Shown here piece by piece: positions 38,141 through 51,200 of a stretch of DNA of 64,000 nt. The stretch covers positions 321,904,001 to 321,968,000 of the forward strand of contig OZ024741.1 of assembly GCA_964016885.1 (NCBI GenBank), written 5' to 3'. Source of the DNA: Eledone cirrhosa. Lineage: Eukaryota. How positions within the stretch are numbered: position 1 is the first letter of the stretch; each line of letters opens with the position of its first letter. Under the pieces are notes generated by a model that was given only the letters and a program-made list of their open reading frames with translations, made no database searches and had not been told where the DNA came from. The position numbers were made by a program, and so were the translations under genes.

Positions 38141-39444
38141 ATATTTGGATTGCTGCTTTTCCAATGACTGCATCTATGTATTGAAAATTTATGAGTGTGA
38201 ATTGCTGGAAGCTGCCTTATTTTATCAGTAGCCTTAAGATAGAAGATTCTGGTTAGGGATATATATATATGGGCACATATATATATGGGCCCATATATAT
38301 ATATATATATGGGCACAGGTGTGGCTGTGTGGTTAAGGTGCTTGCTAGCACTTCATGGCATCTTGAGATAGTGTCTTCAACAATGGCTTCAGGTTGCAAG
38401 TACTACATGGTGTTTTGTTTTAGTGGCTTCAACAATGGCCTCAAGTTGCCCAAAGGACCCTGAAAAATTTAATCTGGGCTTGGCAGAAAAGGAAAGTGTT
38501 TCTTTTTAGTATTTTTAATCTTGTCCACCATAACAATAGAACACCACATTAAATGTCTTAAAACACCAGAATAAATATCTTGGAACATCAGAATAAATAT
38601 CTTGGGACATCAAGATAAATGTCTTGGAAACTTCTTTCCTTCCCCCAGTCTTGGAGTCTCTGAAAAAGTCTCCTTTTCTCCCTGATTCCTTGACTAACTA
38701 AAAGTTTAAGAACATTTTTCCCTGCTAAAGGAAAGGCTTCATATTCATTTTCATCTTGGGTGCCTTTTTTGAAGCTATGTTTTACAACATCCTGACCCCT
38801 TGACTAAATAGTGAAAAACAACAACAAAAAACAACCTCTCAGACAAAAAACATGTTGCATTGATAAGTTTAAATTCTTCATTCCCAAAATAATTGAAAGA
38901 AAGGATATTTACAGCTGACACCTATGCAGGTTTAGTTGGCCTCCTATGAAGTTATATCTTTTTGGAGGTTTTTGGATGTTTTAATGATAAGGACTTAGTC
39001 CTATCATGCAAAGGAATGGGAAATGAATCATCATACTCTAGAACACAACACATAACTCAGTCAATGGAATCAAACGCACAATCTTATGATTGTGAGTCCA
39101 ACACCTTTACCACTAGTTCATGCACGTTCACAACAATCAACTTGATCAAATTCTCCTTTGGAACTAAATGTTTCTGGTGCATGCACATCTGTTCCATTTC
39201 CATTTGCCTTGGATTCCAGATTTCCCCATAAAAGAATCACTGTATCAGTGTAGCTAGTGGAAAATGTTCCAAGCAAGCTAATTTCTATTATAGATAGAAT
39301 CTAGAAGTCTTTGACAATGTTTAATCAAAGAAACACTGATTGTCTCTTTGACTGCTTTCATGGCAAACTTAGCCGAGTTAATAGAGAAGCCATTAATATA
39401 CATTTCTGACAAGATAGAACCCTATTTAGGTGATATATTAGAAA

Positions 39445-39960
39445 TTATGTGTTGGTGGTGGTGGTAGGGTTGGGGTATTGTGGTAGTGGTGTTGATGTGA
39501 TGGTGATGATTGTTGTGGTGTTGTGGTAGCAGCATTGATGGTGATAGTAGTAGTTGTAGTATTGTGGTAGTGGCATTGATGGTGATTGTAGTGTTGTTGG
39601 AGTTGGTGGGTGTTGTAGTGATAGTAGTTGTTGTAGTAGTATTGTGGTAGTGGTGTTGATGGTGATTGCAGTGTTGTTGCAGTTTTTAATTGTGGTGATG
39701 ATCACCGTTGTGGTGGTGGTTGCTGTGATATTGTGGTAGTGTTCATAGTGATTGTTGGTGGATGTTGTGATGATGGAGGTAACGATGGTTATTGTGGTGG
39801 TGGTGGTCGTGGTGATTGTTGTTTTGGAAGTGGTCGTTGTTGTGGAGTTGGTTATTGTTGTTGTTTGTGGTGGTGGAAGTGAGTGTTGTGATAATTGGGG
39901 TGCTAGTGGTGGTAGTGTTGGGTGTGGTGATGCTGGTTGTAGTGATGTTGGTTGAGGGTG
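39445..39960. repeat. GGT/GTT/GAT low-complexity array
   Basis: Direct inspection. Confidence 0.9.
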
Positions 39961-40150
39961 TGTGCAGGATTGTAGCTATGTGTATGTGTGTGTATATATA
40001 CTTGTATGTATGTGTATGTATGCGTGTGAGAGAGAGCGTAAGAAGATAAAAGGCTAATATGCTGACAATCTGTTATACCATCAAACCATATGTTGACCTA
40101 GTTGAATTACATCTTAAAAAACATTACACAAACACTCTTACAAACACACA

Positions 40151-40242
<92 letters not shown>

Positions 40243-40274
40243 GTACACACAATATATGAGAGAGAGAGAGAGTG

Positions 40275-40610
40275 GACACAGCAAGGCCAAATGGTTAAAG
40301 AGTTCACTTTAGGTCACAGGTTCAATCCCACTGCATGTCATCTTCGGTAAGTGTCATTTACCATAGCCTTGGGTTGATCCATGCCTTGTGAGTGAAGTTG
40401 GGTAGACAGAAACTGTTTGGAAGCCCGTTGGATATACTGCACTTGTGATTCAAAAGGCCTATCATATCACACCATACTGTATTATGTTGAATCTTCTGAG
40501 AATTATGTCAAAGGTACATGTGTCAGTGGAATACTCAGCCACTTACACATTAATTTCACGAGCAGGCTGTTCCGTTGATCAAACAGTTGGAACACCCATC
40601 CATTCCATTT
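40275..40610 (+). mobile_element. SINE family B-like copy (tRNA-like head, GGCAAGTGTCTTCTACTATAGCC-type core)
   Basis: Related copies at 35690, 38315, 59288, 60570 (-) and 61170. Confidence 0.6.
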
Positions 40611-41095
40611 CATATATATAGAGTGACCACAAAAACACCAAGCTTGATTATCGCATTGATGTTTTCCAAGCAACAACAGGGGCACACATCAAGTGTCTAT
40701 GATATCAACCAATACCACATGAAACTTTGTTAGTTTATGCAACTGTAGCTACCAATATTCTAAGAATATTCATTTAAGTTTTCATAATATAAGTATTTGA
40801 AATACTGCTGTCTGTGTATGGCAACTGAGACTATCCTCACAATTTGTTCTGTACCTAGTTACAGACACTCCCTTGTCATTTTCTCCATCAGAGGTTGGTA
40901 AATTAGTGCTTATAACAAATGATGCTCTGATAGAAATAAATTAAAGTACTGGATTCAATGAAATTGGTTGCACTCTCGCCCACCATGCTACATGTGTCTT
41001 CTGGCTTATGTTTAAAATCATATATATATGAATATATCATTTCCTTGTTTAGTTGCTCTAGGAAAAGGGAAAGGAATATATGTATGTATATATAT

Positions 41096-41200
41096 ATCAT
41101 CATCATCATCATCATCATCGTTTAACGTCCATCTTCCATGCTAGCACTTTCCCACTTGAGGCAAGTTTGGTTGTCTTGCTCGTATAGGACTGTCTGGCAT
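41096..41200 (-). mobile_element. Short RTE 3' terminal fragment
   Basis: (CAT)n CGTTTAACGTCC...CCCACTTGAGGCAAG, lying between TA-rich runs. Confidence 0.85.
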
Positions 41201-41744
41201 ATAGATGTGTATGTGTGTGTATATATATACATGTATATATGTATATATGTCACGTGTTTGTGTGTGTAAAGAAGATAACAATAAACAAAAAGTGTGTAAA
41301 ATGTACATATATATTGATTAGATAAATAACTGTGATAAATGGAGGATTATGATGTTATGTTATGATTAATTCTGAGAGTTCACACACAAAATACATATCT
41401 TTCAATAGTTACATGCAGTTTTTCAAGTACTCCAGATAAAAGAAATACAGATAAAGAAATTATGTATGTATAGACAGACATGTTTGTAGTTAATTATAAT
41501 AAATGGATATGGTTAAGGCAACATATTACAATTACAAATGGTAAGATCATGTTTGTTTCAAAGAGTTTACAAAATTTTACTTTCTAAAGTACTCTTGGTT
41601 TGTTAATAGACAGTGCAATATATTAATTATAATAAATAATTGAAGGGTTAAGTAAGTAACATAAGATATTATACAGATCATAGAAATAACATTTAAATTA
41701 AATAATAAGAAAAACATTCATTATGCTAGAGTGACAGTAACCAT

Positions 41745-41944
41745 TTAACTCTTTAGCATTTAAACTGGCCGTATCCGGCCAGAATTCTCTCACCACTTTG
41801 TTTTAACCGGCTGTAATTAGCTGCTCATACTGAAATATCAAAATCTCAAAGATTCGATATTATGTGAGATAATTATGTGAGGTAAAGCCTTTACTGTGAA
41901 AATATAATAGTAAATATAGAGTAATATAAATGCTAAAGGGCTAA
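41745..41944 (+). mobile_element. piggyBac-type MITE family A
   Basis: TTAACTCTTTAGCATTTA...TAAATGCTAAAGGGCTAA. Confidence 0.85.
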
Positions 41945-42257
41945 AATACACATAGAAAAAGGTTCCCTTTGGTCATGACTGACTATGGGTTTGTGTCTGA
42001 AAACTTCCTCTCCAAGAAAATGCAAAAGGTGGAAGACCTGCTGTCACGCATGTATGACAATCTCTCATTTCCACAAAACTGATGTTGTCCAAAGGAAAGG
42101 TAAAAGTTTATAAAAATACACACTATATATACACTATAAATACACTGTATATACACTATGCATACACTATACATACACTATATATGATGTACAAGGGAAT
42201 GGCAAAATTTGGCACCAATGATGTCATAACTCATTTACACACTATATATATACTATG

Positions 42258-42530
42258 TAATGGTCCCGTAACTCCTGATACAGTCGTAGAGACGCTGTAT
42301 TGACATATGGCATTTGTTGGGCAGTTAAAGCCTGGTGGAGCCCACCCCTCTTCAGGCATGAGTACAACTGATTTCTTCCAGAATAAGATAGAAAATGAGA
42401 GAGAGGAAATGAGAAAGAGATGCAGAGGAAGAATCGACCCAGTACTAGACTGGTACTTTTTTTTTTTAAACTTGAAAGGATGTAAAGCAAAGTTGACCCT
42501 AGTGGGATTTGAACTCAGAGAGCATAGAGC
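42258..42530 (-). mobile_element. SINE family A core with tail C
   Basis: Box B and core reversed; tail homologous to 6480-6580. Confidence 0.6.
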
Positions 42531-42684
42531 AATGTGCCCCACCCTGCGTCTTCATTCCCAGCCCCCTTCAGCCCTGTCTACCATCTAGTCTTAACCTTGA
42601 AGAGACAGTAGTTATGAAGGAGAAATGTCTCTATCCTCCATTGAGAGATCCATGCTACATGGGATGTTAATGAGGCTAATTATG

Positions 42685-43768
42685 ACTATAAGGATGATGA
42701 TGATGATGTGGTTGTTGCTGATGATAATAGCAATATGACGAGGATGTTGATATCAATAATGACAATGAAGATGATAATGATGAAGACGATGATGATGATG
42801 ATGATATAAATAACGACAATGGCGATAATGATGATGATGAAAACGACGATGACGACGATGATGATGATATCATAATGACAATGAAAATGATGGTGATGAT
42901 GATGATATAAATAATGACAATGAAGATGGCAATGATGGTGATGATTCTTGTGGTGAATCTTGATGATGATGATGATGATGACCATAACAACAACAACTAA
43001 AACAATAAGAATGACAACAATAGCAACAACAATCATGATGATGATGATATAAATAATAAAAATAAAAATAATAATAAAAAAAGTAATCATAATAACAATA
43101 AAAGAATATTGGAAAAGCCAACCGTTGTTGCTTTGCTATCAAACACAACTTTCTATCTCTCATTAGCGAAGCATTTATTCAAGAAAATATATCGCATAAA
43201 AAGGAAACGTCTAAAATGATAAATATATATAAAGCGATATTGACGGGTTGTTGGTACGGTTTTCTTGGTTATTCCTCCATATATTAAGAGACTGGAGAAG
43301 ATAAGTTAGACAACAACAATAACAACAATAACGACGACGATAATAACAACAACAATAAGAGCAGCAACAACGACAGCACCAACAGCAACATTAACAGTGA
43401 CACCACCACCACCGCCACTACCATTAACGGCAACACTAATAATAACGACAACAACAACAATAATAGACACAAACGACACCACCACCATCACCACCACCAC
43501 CACTAACAACAACAACAACAACACTAATAACAGCAACAACAACACTAATAACAGCAACAACAACAACACTAATAACAGCAGCAACAACAACAACAACACT
43601 AATAACAGCAACAACAGCAACAACAGCAGCAACAGCAACACTAATAACAGCAACAACAACAACAACAATAACAGCAACGACGACACTAACAATATCAGCA
43701 ACGATTAGAATAACAATAACAGCGACTACAAAAATAACAGAAATATTAACAGCGACCACAACAGCAAC
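42685..43768. repeat. GAT-rich, then AAC/CAC-rich trinucleotide arrays
   Basis: Direct inspection. Confidence 0.9.
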
Positions 43769-44133
43769 GGGGGATTGGCAGTATCGGTGGAGGGTCGGAT
43801 GCCATGCTTTGTAGCATAGAGTTACGTCCCTTTACGGACCGAGTTCAAATCTCGCCGAGGTTAACTTTGCCTGTCATCCTTACGGGGTCGATAAAATAAA
43901 GTACCAGTAATGCACTGGTGTATTGCTGGCCTTGTGCCAAAAGTAGAAACAATTATTAGTGATAGAGGGTCAGACACCATGCTTTGCAGCATAGAGTTAC
44001 GACCCTTTACGGTCTGAGTTCAAATCCTGCCGAGATTAACTTTTCCTTTCATCCTTACAGGGTCGATAAAATAAAGCACCAGTAATACACTGAGGTAATT
44101 GCTGGCCTTGTGACAAAATTAGAAACAATTATT
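43769..44133 (+). mobile_element. Tandem pair of short-tail SINE A (the second lacks box A)
   Basis: Units 43769-43958 and 43959-44133; AGCGACCACAACA flanks the pair at 43751 and 44134. Confidence 0.9.
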
Positions 44134-44880
44134 AGCGACCACAACAACAGTGACAACAAAAACAACAGCAACGACATTAACAGTGACGACGACGACGACG
44201 ACGACCACCACCACCAACAACAACAACAAAAACAATGACAACGAAAACGTAACAAAAAGCACAATATTGAAGCAACAACAACAACCATCGCCAGCAACAG
44301 CAGCAACAACAACAACAAGGAAAACTTAATAGAAAGCAAAGCATTGAAGCAACAAGAATAACATCACCAACAGAAATAACAACAACAATACTACCAACAG
44401 CAGCAGCAACAACATCACCACCAACAACAACACCAACACCAACAACAACATCACCACCACCAACAACAACAACAGAAACAACATCACCATCAACAACAAC
44501 ATCACTACCAACAACACCACCACCACCACCAACAACATCACCACCAACAACAACAACATCACCACCACCAACAACAACATCACCACCAACAACAACATCA
44601 CCACCACCAACAACAACATCACCACCAACAACATCACCACCACCACCAACAACAACAACAGAAACAACATCACCATCAACAACAACATCACTACCAACAA
44701 CACCACCACCACCACCAACAACATCACCACCAACAACAACATCACCACCACCAACAACAACATCACCACCACCAACAACATCATCACCACCAACAACAAC
44801 ATCACCACCACCAACAACATCATCACCACCACCAACAACATCACCAACGACAACAACAATAACAACAACAACAACAACGA
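44134..44880. repeat. AAC/ACC/ATC compound trinucleotide array
   Basis: Direct inspection. Confidence 0.92.
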
Positions 44881-44984
44881 AGTCTTGATAGAAAGCAAAG
44901 TATTGAAGCAGTATTGTATGGATGGAAGAAGACAGAGAGAAAATATATCAGCAATCAATAATGTATATAATCAATGTTGTTGGA

Positions 44985-47320
44985 AGTGGTGGTGGTGGTG
45001 GAGTTGATGATGGTGGTGGTGTTGGTGGTGATGGTATTGGTGGTGGTGTTGGTGGTGGTGGTGATGGTGGTGTTGGTATTGGTGGTGGTGGTGGTGATGG
45101 TGGTGTTGAGAGTGGTGATGGTATTGGTGGTGGTGGTGTTGGTGGTGGTGGTGGTATTGGTGGTGGTGGTGGTATTGGTGGTGGTGGTATTGGTGATGGT
45201 GATGTTGGTATTGGTGGTGGTGGTGGTGGTGTTGAGAGTGGTGATGGTATTGGTGGTGGTGGTGGTGATGGTGGTGTTGAGAGTGGTGATGGTATTGGTG
45301 GTGGTGGTGTTGGTGGTGGTGGTGGTATTGGTGGTGGTGGTGGTATTGGTGGTGGTGGTATTGGTGATGGTGATGTTGGTATTGGTGGTGGTGGTGGTGG
45401 TGTTGAGAGTGGTGATGGTATTGGTGGTGGTGGTGGTGATGGTGGTGTTGAGAGTGGTGATGGTATTGGTGGTGGTGGTGTTGGTGGTGGTGGTGGTATT
45501 GGTGGTGGTGGTGGTATTGGTGGTGGTGGTATTGGTGATGGTGATGTTGGTATTGGTGGTGGTGGTGGTGGTGTTGAGAGTGGTGATGGTATTGGTGGTG
45601 GTGGTGGTGATGGTGGTGTTGAGAGTGGTGATGGTATTGGTGGTGGTGGTGTTGGTGGTGGTGGTGGTATTGGTGGTGGTGGTGGTATTGGTGGTGGTGG
45701 TATTGGTGATGGTGATGTTGGTATTGGTGGTGGTGGTGTTGAGGGTGGTGGTGGTGATGGTGGTGTTGTTGGTGGTGGTGGTATTGGTGGTGGTGGTGGT
45801 ATTGGTGGTGGTGGTATTGGTGATGGTGATGTTGGTATTGGTGGTGGTGGTGTTGAGGGTGGTGGTGGTGATGGTGGTGTTGGTGGTGGTGGTGGTATTG
45901 GTGGTGGTGGTGGTATTGGTGGTGGTGGTATTGGTGATGGTGATGTTGGTATTGGTGGTGGTGGTGGTGGTGTTGAGAGTGGTGATGGTATTGGTGGTGG
46001 TGGTGGTATTGGTGGTGGTGGTATTGGTGATGGTGGTATTGGTGATGGTGATGTTGGTGATGGTGATGTTGGTATTGGTGGTGGTGGTGGTATTGGTGGT
46101 GGTGGTATTGGTGATGGTGGTATTGGTGATGGTGATGTTGGTGATGGTGATGTTGGTATTGGTGGTGGTGGTGGTGGTGGTGATGGTGGTGTTGAGAGTG
46201 GTGATGGTATTGGTGGTGGTGGTGTTAGTGGTGGTGGTGGTGTTGGTGGTGCTGGTATTGGTGATGGTGATGTTGGTATTGGTGGTGGAGTTGATGATGG
46301 TGGTGGTGGTGGTGTTGATGCTGGTGGTATTGGTGGTGGTGGTGTTGGTGGTGGTGTTGGAGTTGATGATGGTGGTGGTGATGATGGTATTGGTGGTGCT
46401 GTTGCTGGTGGTGGTGATGGTGATGTTGGTATTGGTGGTGGTGGTGGTGATGGTGGTGTTGAGAGTGGTGGTGGTGGTGATAGTAGTGTTGAGAGTGGTG
46501 GTGGTGTTGGTGGTGATGGGGGTGTTGAGAGTGGTGATGGTGGTAGTGTTGTTGGTGGTGGTATTGGTGATGGTGATGTTGGTATTGGTGGTGGTGGTGG
46601 TGATGGTGGTGTTGAGAGTAGTGTTGAGAGTGGTGGTGGTGTTGGTGGTGATGGGGGTGTTGAGAGTGGTGATGGTGGTATTGGTGGTGGTGTTGTTGGT
46701 GGTGGTATTGGTGATGGTGTTGGAATTGATGATGGTGGTGATGGTGGTAGTGGTGATGGTGTTGAGAGTGGTGGTGGTGTTGGATGTATTGGAGTTGCTG
46801 GTGATGGTTGTGGTATATGTGGTGGTGGTGGTGATGTAGGTAGTGGTATTGGTGGTGGTGATGGTGGTGATGGTGGTGATGATGGTGTTGGTGTTGGTGC
46901 TGATGGTGGCAGTGGTATTGGTGGTGATGATGGTAATGTTGTTGATATTGGTGGTGGATTTGGTGGTGGTGTTGGTGATGATGCTGGTGTTAGTGATGCT
47001 GGTGGTGATGATGGTGTTGGTGGTAGTGATTTTGAGAGGTGGTGGTGTTGGAGTTGGTGGTAGTGATGTTGGTTGTGTTGGAGATGGTGTTGGTGGGGTG
47101 AATGGTGGAACTGTGGTGGTGGTGGTTGTGTTGGGGTTTGTGGTAATATTGGTGTTGGTTGTGATGTGAATGGTGGTAGTATTGGTGGTGGAAGCCATGT
47201 TGATAGGACTGATGTTGGTGTTGGTGGTGAAGGTAGTGGTGGTTAAGTTGGGAGTGGTGGTACAGGTGGGGTTGGTGTTGATGATAGTAGTGACAGTAGA
47301 TGGTGGTGTCATTGGTGGGC
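44985..47320. repeat. GGT-based array with a 171-bp higher-order repeat
   Basis: GATGGTGGTGTTGAGAGT anchor (its GTTGAG at 45105, 45276, 45447, 45618). Confidence 0.95.
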
Positions 47321-47441
47321 ATGGAGTTGCTGTTGCAGTCTTTGACATTGTTGTTATTGTCATTGTTGATGTTACTTTCAAAATGCATAAACTTGCTGAT
47401 GATGTCCATATCTGTTACCAATTGTGTTGAGTGTGTGTATG

Positions 47442-47730
<289 letters not shown>

Positions 47731-48104
47731 AGTCAGTGGGAGGAAATGAGGCAAATATATATACACAATATCAAACATATACACACACACACACACATAT
47801 ATGTAGACACACACATGTGCCTCTCTCTTCATCTCTCTCTCTCTCTCCACACACACACACACACATTATATATATATACATTCATACACCTCTATCTGTA
47901 TAAACATATATCAACACACCTACATGTATACACACGTGTGTGTATATATATATATGTGTGTGTATGTGTGTATATACATTTATACATACACAATTACAGG
48001 TTGTAAGATATTGTGGCAGATTATAATGACTATATTTCAGATTAAGGTAGTTAACTACATAATATATATTCATTCATTGATTTGGTGTATGCATTTATTT
48101 ATTC

Positions 48105-49175
48105 AATCACCCTCACCATCACCATTACCACCACCATCACCATCACTACTGCCATTACCACCACCATCACCATCACCATCACAACAACCACCACCATCAT
48201 CACTATTACCATTGCTACCACAACCACCATCACCATTACCACCACCATCACCATCACAACAACCACCACCATCATCACTATTACCATTACTACCTCAACC
48301 ACCATCACCACTATCATCACCATTACCACCACCATCACCATCACAACAACCACCACCATCATCACTATTACCATTACTACCACAACCACCATCACCATTA
48401 CCACCACCATCACCATCACAACAACCACCACCATCATCACTATTACCATTACTACCACAACCACCATCACCATTACCACCACCATCACCATCACAACAAC
48501 CACCACCATCATCACTATTACCATTACTACCACAACCACCATCACCATTACCACCACCATCACCATCACAACAACCACCACCATCATCACTATTACCATT
48601 ACTACCTCAACCACCATCACCACTATCATCACCATTACCACCACCATCACCATCACAACAACCACCACCATCATCACTATTACCATTACTACCACAACCA
48701 CCATCACCATTACCACCACCATCACCATCACTACTGCCATTACCACCACCATCACCATCACAACAACCACCACCATCATCACTATTACCATTACTACCAC
48801 AACCACCATCACCACTATCATCACCATTACCACCACCATCACCATCACTACTGCCATTACCACAACTACCACCATCATTACTATTACCATTACTACCTCA
48901 ACCACCATCACCATTACCACCACCATCACTACCGCCATTACCACAACCACCATCACCACTATCATCACCATCACCAGTACCATCACTACCACCATTACCA
49001 CAACCACCACCATCACCACTATTACCATTACTACCACAACCACCATCACCACTATCATCATCATTACTACCACTATCACTACTACCACCGTTACCATCAC
49101 CACAACCCCCATCATCACCTTTACAACCATCATTGCCATCACCATTACTACCATTACTACTACTACCACTACAAC
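48105..49175. repeat. ACC/ATC/ATT array with a ~69-78 bp higher-order unit
   Basis: Repeated CACCATCACAACAACCACCACCATCATCACTATTACCATTACTACC. Confidence 0.93.
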
Positions 49176-49423
49176 TGTATGTATATATGTATGAATACAG
49201 AAAGTAAAGGGAAAACAACAAAGCAAACAATACAGTACACCGAAGCTATATATTAATTTAATGTTTGATATAGTAGGAAAAGAGTCTCAACATTTCTGAT
49301 GCTAGTCTTTCATCAGCAGATAGAATGAGAAATAAAAGAAGAAACAGAAAGATAGAGGTGAATGAGAAGAAGAAACGGAAACATTTTTGGGAGAAAGAAC
49401 ATGAGTGTTTTCAGTCAGCCATT

Positions 49424-49649
49424 TTAACCCTTTAGTATTTACATTACTCTATATTTACTATTATATTTTCACAGTAAAAGCTTTGCCTCACATAATTATC
49501 TCACATAATATCAAATCTATGAGATTTTGACATCTATTTTGAGAACAATACCTTAACATAAGTATGAGCAGCCAGTTATGGCCAGTTTGAACAGAAAGAG
49601 GTGAGAGAATTCTGGTTGGATATGGCCGATTTAAATGCTAAAGGGTTAA
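49424..49649 (-). mobile_element. piggyBac-type MITE family A
   Basis: TTAA-CCCTTTAGTATTTA...TAAATGCTAAAGGG-TTAA. Confidence 0.9.
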
Positions 49650-49941
49650 GGGAAATATTTATTATTCGTTTTCCAATGTGGAGTCTGTGGATTAGGTGTC
49701 CATGAACCAAGTTCAACAATTTGAGTACTTTGTTAAAAACATAATATACACACACGATTATATATCCATATAAACATTTCTCTCTTTTGATAGTTATTTT
49801 CATTGTATCTAGGAGGTAGAGAGCAATTGTAACAGGAGGGAGGGCATGGGAAGATTCATTTAAATTAAAGGGGTCATTGGTAGTGAAATGTTTTGGAACC
49901 ACTGATATAAATATATATATATATATATTATATATATATAT

Positions 49942-50130
49942 CTAGGGCGGGTAAAATTCCCGAGATCCATGGACGAGTTCTCTCCAGCAGTCTCTGTCCC
50001 TCATCGTTGCCATGTCCTGCGTCTCCAACAGACCAGTGTCTGTCCTTAGGGCATCAACATACGTTAACCTTGGTCTTCCTCTTCCAGTGTGTCCATGTCA
50101 ACTCTGGATGTTGGTGAGCATGTCCAGCTA
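49942..50130 (-). mobile_element. C-terminal fragment of a third RTE-like LINE family
   Basis: Minus-strand translation LAGHAHQHPE...GRPRLTYVDALRTDTGLLE...MRDRDCWRELV. Confidence 0.75.
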
Positions 50131-50338
50131 GAAATCTTATAACGAAACGATCGTATGGAAAGAAAGAGAGATTTATTTAATTATGTCTTGTATAAAATAA
50201 TACAACCAATTTTCCACGGAATACTATATAGTTAGCACCCCAAAGACTTAGGTATATCCTAATGTTTGTTGAGTGAGATGGAGTTAGTCAGAGTATCGCT
50301 TAAAGCTTTCTCTGTTAATATATATATATATACATATA

Positions 50339-50562
50339 AAGGGTGCTCCCAAAAATGTATACACACTTTGATTACCTGTACAGGTAATATTTATTAGAAT
50401 GCACAGCCCTTCCCAAAAATAAAATGATCTACAGACATAATTCAATTGTATGTAAACACCCAAAAATGTTTACAGAATTTGAATAATGCATATAAAACAG
50501 AATTTATTTTAATGCATTCTTCTTGCTATTGAGGTGTGTATACATTTTTTTGAGATACCCTG
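50339..50562. mobile_element. Tc1/mariner-type MITE
   Basis: TIRs AGGGTGCTCCCAAAAATGTATACACAC / GTGTGTATACATTTTTTTGAGATACCCTG; TA at the left end. Confidence 0.75.
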
Positions 50563-51200
50563 TTTAAATATATATAAACCATGCAAGTTTCTGTTTCAAA
50601 AACAATAATGAATTTTGTTGAAAGCTTGCTTGTTTGGTTCAATAAATCAAGCATATATATATATATATATATATATATCATATTGCAAAGTGGTCGTATC
50701 GGTGCCATGACAAAGAAAGCACCCAGTCCATCTTCTAAGCCATAGAAAACTAAGCTAAAAATGGCGTGTAAGAGCAAAATATGGTCACCTGACCTGTCTG
50801 ATTTCATAATATGACAGCCTGTCTAACCAATATAAACACGGAGAAGAGATGTTAGAAGGTGATGATGATGGGATGATGATGATATATATATATATATATA
50901 TATGTATACACACACATACATTTATTTATATACATATACACACACATACACATATGTATATACATAGACACACACTCACATATATAAATATATATACACA
51001 GTATATATATATATATATATATCATATATAAATACACACACACACACACACATAAATATATATATATATACACATATATAAATACACACACACACACATA
51101 TATATATACATATATATATATATATAATACACACACATATATATATACATACACATAAATGCACACACACATATATATACATATATATATACACACACAC

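Noticed and set aside
38259-38315. ATATATGGGCCCATATAT palindrome
   Set aside because: Largely self-complementary TA repeat around a 6-bp core; expected from slippage.
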